This document shows, piece after piece, positions 62,298 through 64,000 of a DNA stretch of 64,000 nucleotides. Numbering within the stretch: the stretch's first letter is position 1; every line of letters begins with the position of its first letter. The position numbers and the translations under genes were made by a program. Below the pieces are notes generated by a model that was not told the origin of the DNA, ran no database searches, and saw only the letters and a program-made list of their open reading frames with translations. The DNA comes from Octopus vulgaris (lineage: Eukaryota), in contig OX597823.1 of the NCBI GenBank assembly GCA_951406725.2, positions 108,624,001-108,688,000 of the forward strand. Reading direction: 5' to 3'.

Positions 62298-62305
<8 letters not shown>
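61366..62305 (-). mobile_element. R4/Dong-like RLE non-LTR retrotransposon, 5'-truncated copy 1
   Basis: LKAETEGFLVAAQDQSL, CCHC knuckle CRICGDGQETINHIISSC, RHD, PDIVV, KYKDLEIE...IPIIVGALG. One frameshift near 61740. 3' end abuts (TAA)n. Confidence 0.9.
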
Positions 62306-62510
<205 letters not shown>

Positions 62511-63650
62511 CAGTAGTCTTATTTTTATCATGTGCTTCCACCTCACTACCAAGTGCAGCTCTGTGTGCCTTGGGTATCTATTGTGGTGCTCTTATTTTCA
62601 CTGTATTGAAAGTGTTTTACATAGGATGTGTGCGGTGTTTAGTAGTCCTATTTTCTGTATGTTATATATACTTGTAAGTCCTGGTGTTTTTGTTATGTAT
62701 TTGTCTGAATGTTTTTTATCATACCTAATGCACCTACTATTATAGGAATTGTTTCTGCTTTTAGGCCCCACATTCAATTTACCTCTATTTCCAGATCTTT
62801 TTCTTTTAAAAGTTTCTCTGTTTCTTTTAGAGAAAGTTGTCATCTGTTGATATCGATACATCAATTAGAAAGCACATTTTTCTTAGTGATCTCTGACAAC
62901 TATATCTGGTCTGTTGGCCTTAATTTCTCTATCTGTGTGTATGGGCATATCCCAGAGTATGGTTGCTTTCTCATTTTCTGTGACCTTTTCTGGTGTGTGC
63001 CTATACCATCTTTTTTCTGTTGCTATTCTATAGTGTTGGCATAGCTTCCAGTGTATAAAGGTCCCAACTCTGTCGTGTCTGTGAATATATTCCTTCTTAG
63101 CCAGGACTGGGCAGCCAGAGATAATATGATTTATTGTTTCTTTTCCATCACCACATATTCTGCAGCTACTTGTATTTCTTTTCATTACGTGTTTTTGGTG
63201 ATTTATAGTGGGAAGGCTTTGGTCTTGTGTTGCAATTAAAACTGCTTCTGTCTCTGCTCTGAGTTCTGAGCTTCTCAGCCATTGTTGGGATTTTGCTTTG
63301 TCTATTTCTTTTCTGTTTAGCTTAACTCAATATTTGCCATGTAAGGGTTTTCCTTGCCATCATTTTATCATGAAACTTTGCTGTTCCAGTTTTAGTTTGG
63401 ATTTCACTTACAGCTTTTGTTGTTTCTTCTTTTTCTTCATATTTGTTAGGTACTATGACTTCTTTTTTTGTTTTTGTCAATTTCCTTAAAGATAGAAAAC
63501 AGTTTGTTGTTTTGTTCGTGTTTTGTGGTTACTTGTATTAATTTTCTTTGCTTCTGAAGTAGGTATTTCTTTAGTCCTATGATGGTTATTTTGTAATAGT
63601 TTTCTAGCTGTATAAGGCCTCTACCACCTTCGATACATTGTATATATTAT
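62511..63650 (-). mobile_element. R4/Dong-like RLE non-LTR retrotransposon, 5'-truncated copy 2 (more decayed)
   Basis: CRICGDGKETINHIISGC, RHD, NRPDIVV and an upstream GGRGL-type motif. Same 3' terminus as copy 1. Confidence 0.88.
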
Positions 63651-64000
63651 CTTTCTTTGTCAGATTTTGGGTGGTGCATCCTAAATCCTGTACAAAGATA
63701 TACATACATATACATACACACACACACACATACATACATACATACATACATACATACATACATGCATACATACATACATGTATGTATATATATAGTGAAA
63801 CAATATAAAAGTGAAACTATTTATAACTTACTCCATCAAAGGTTTCACTTTTATTCTTCGAGTCTTGAAACATAATACGGAACCAGTGCCAATTTTGCAT
63901 TGTTTTAATCCATAAAAATCACATGTTGACACCCCTGGGATGTGATAGTATTACCATGTAAAATTTGATTTGATTCGGTTGTGCCATTTGAGAATGCATT

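Overview
This is AT-rich, repeat-saturated animal DNA. The repeat landscape (tRNA-derived SINE families, very dense microsatellites, a decayed C2H2 zinc-finger array) most resembles an octopus or other coleoid cephalopod, which is an inference and not a database result. I found no intact host protein-coding gene, and almost all listed ORFs are microsatellite or SINE read-throughs. Recognisable content: (1) four or five SINE families; (2) many 5'-truncated RTE-clade LINE tails inserted in (TA)n; (3) R4/Dong-like RLE-LINE fragments, two of them in tandem within (TAA)n; (4) a CR1/L2-type RT remnant; (5) mariner and DD37D/maT transposon relics and MITEs; (6) two Helitron relics and a Helentron-type HINE; (7) a C2H2-ZNF pseudogene fragment; (8) several minisatellites. 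The least obvious signal is a set of about eight hammerhead-ribozyme motifs in Penelope-like pseudo-LTR fragments. Several have unusually long stem II insertions, and some are followed about 40-50 nt downstream by a 5' splice site. Coordinates were counted by eye and may be off by a few bases.
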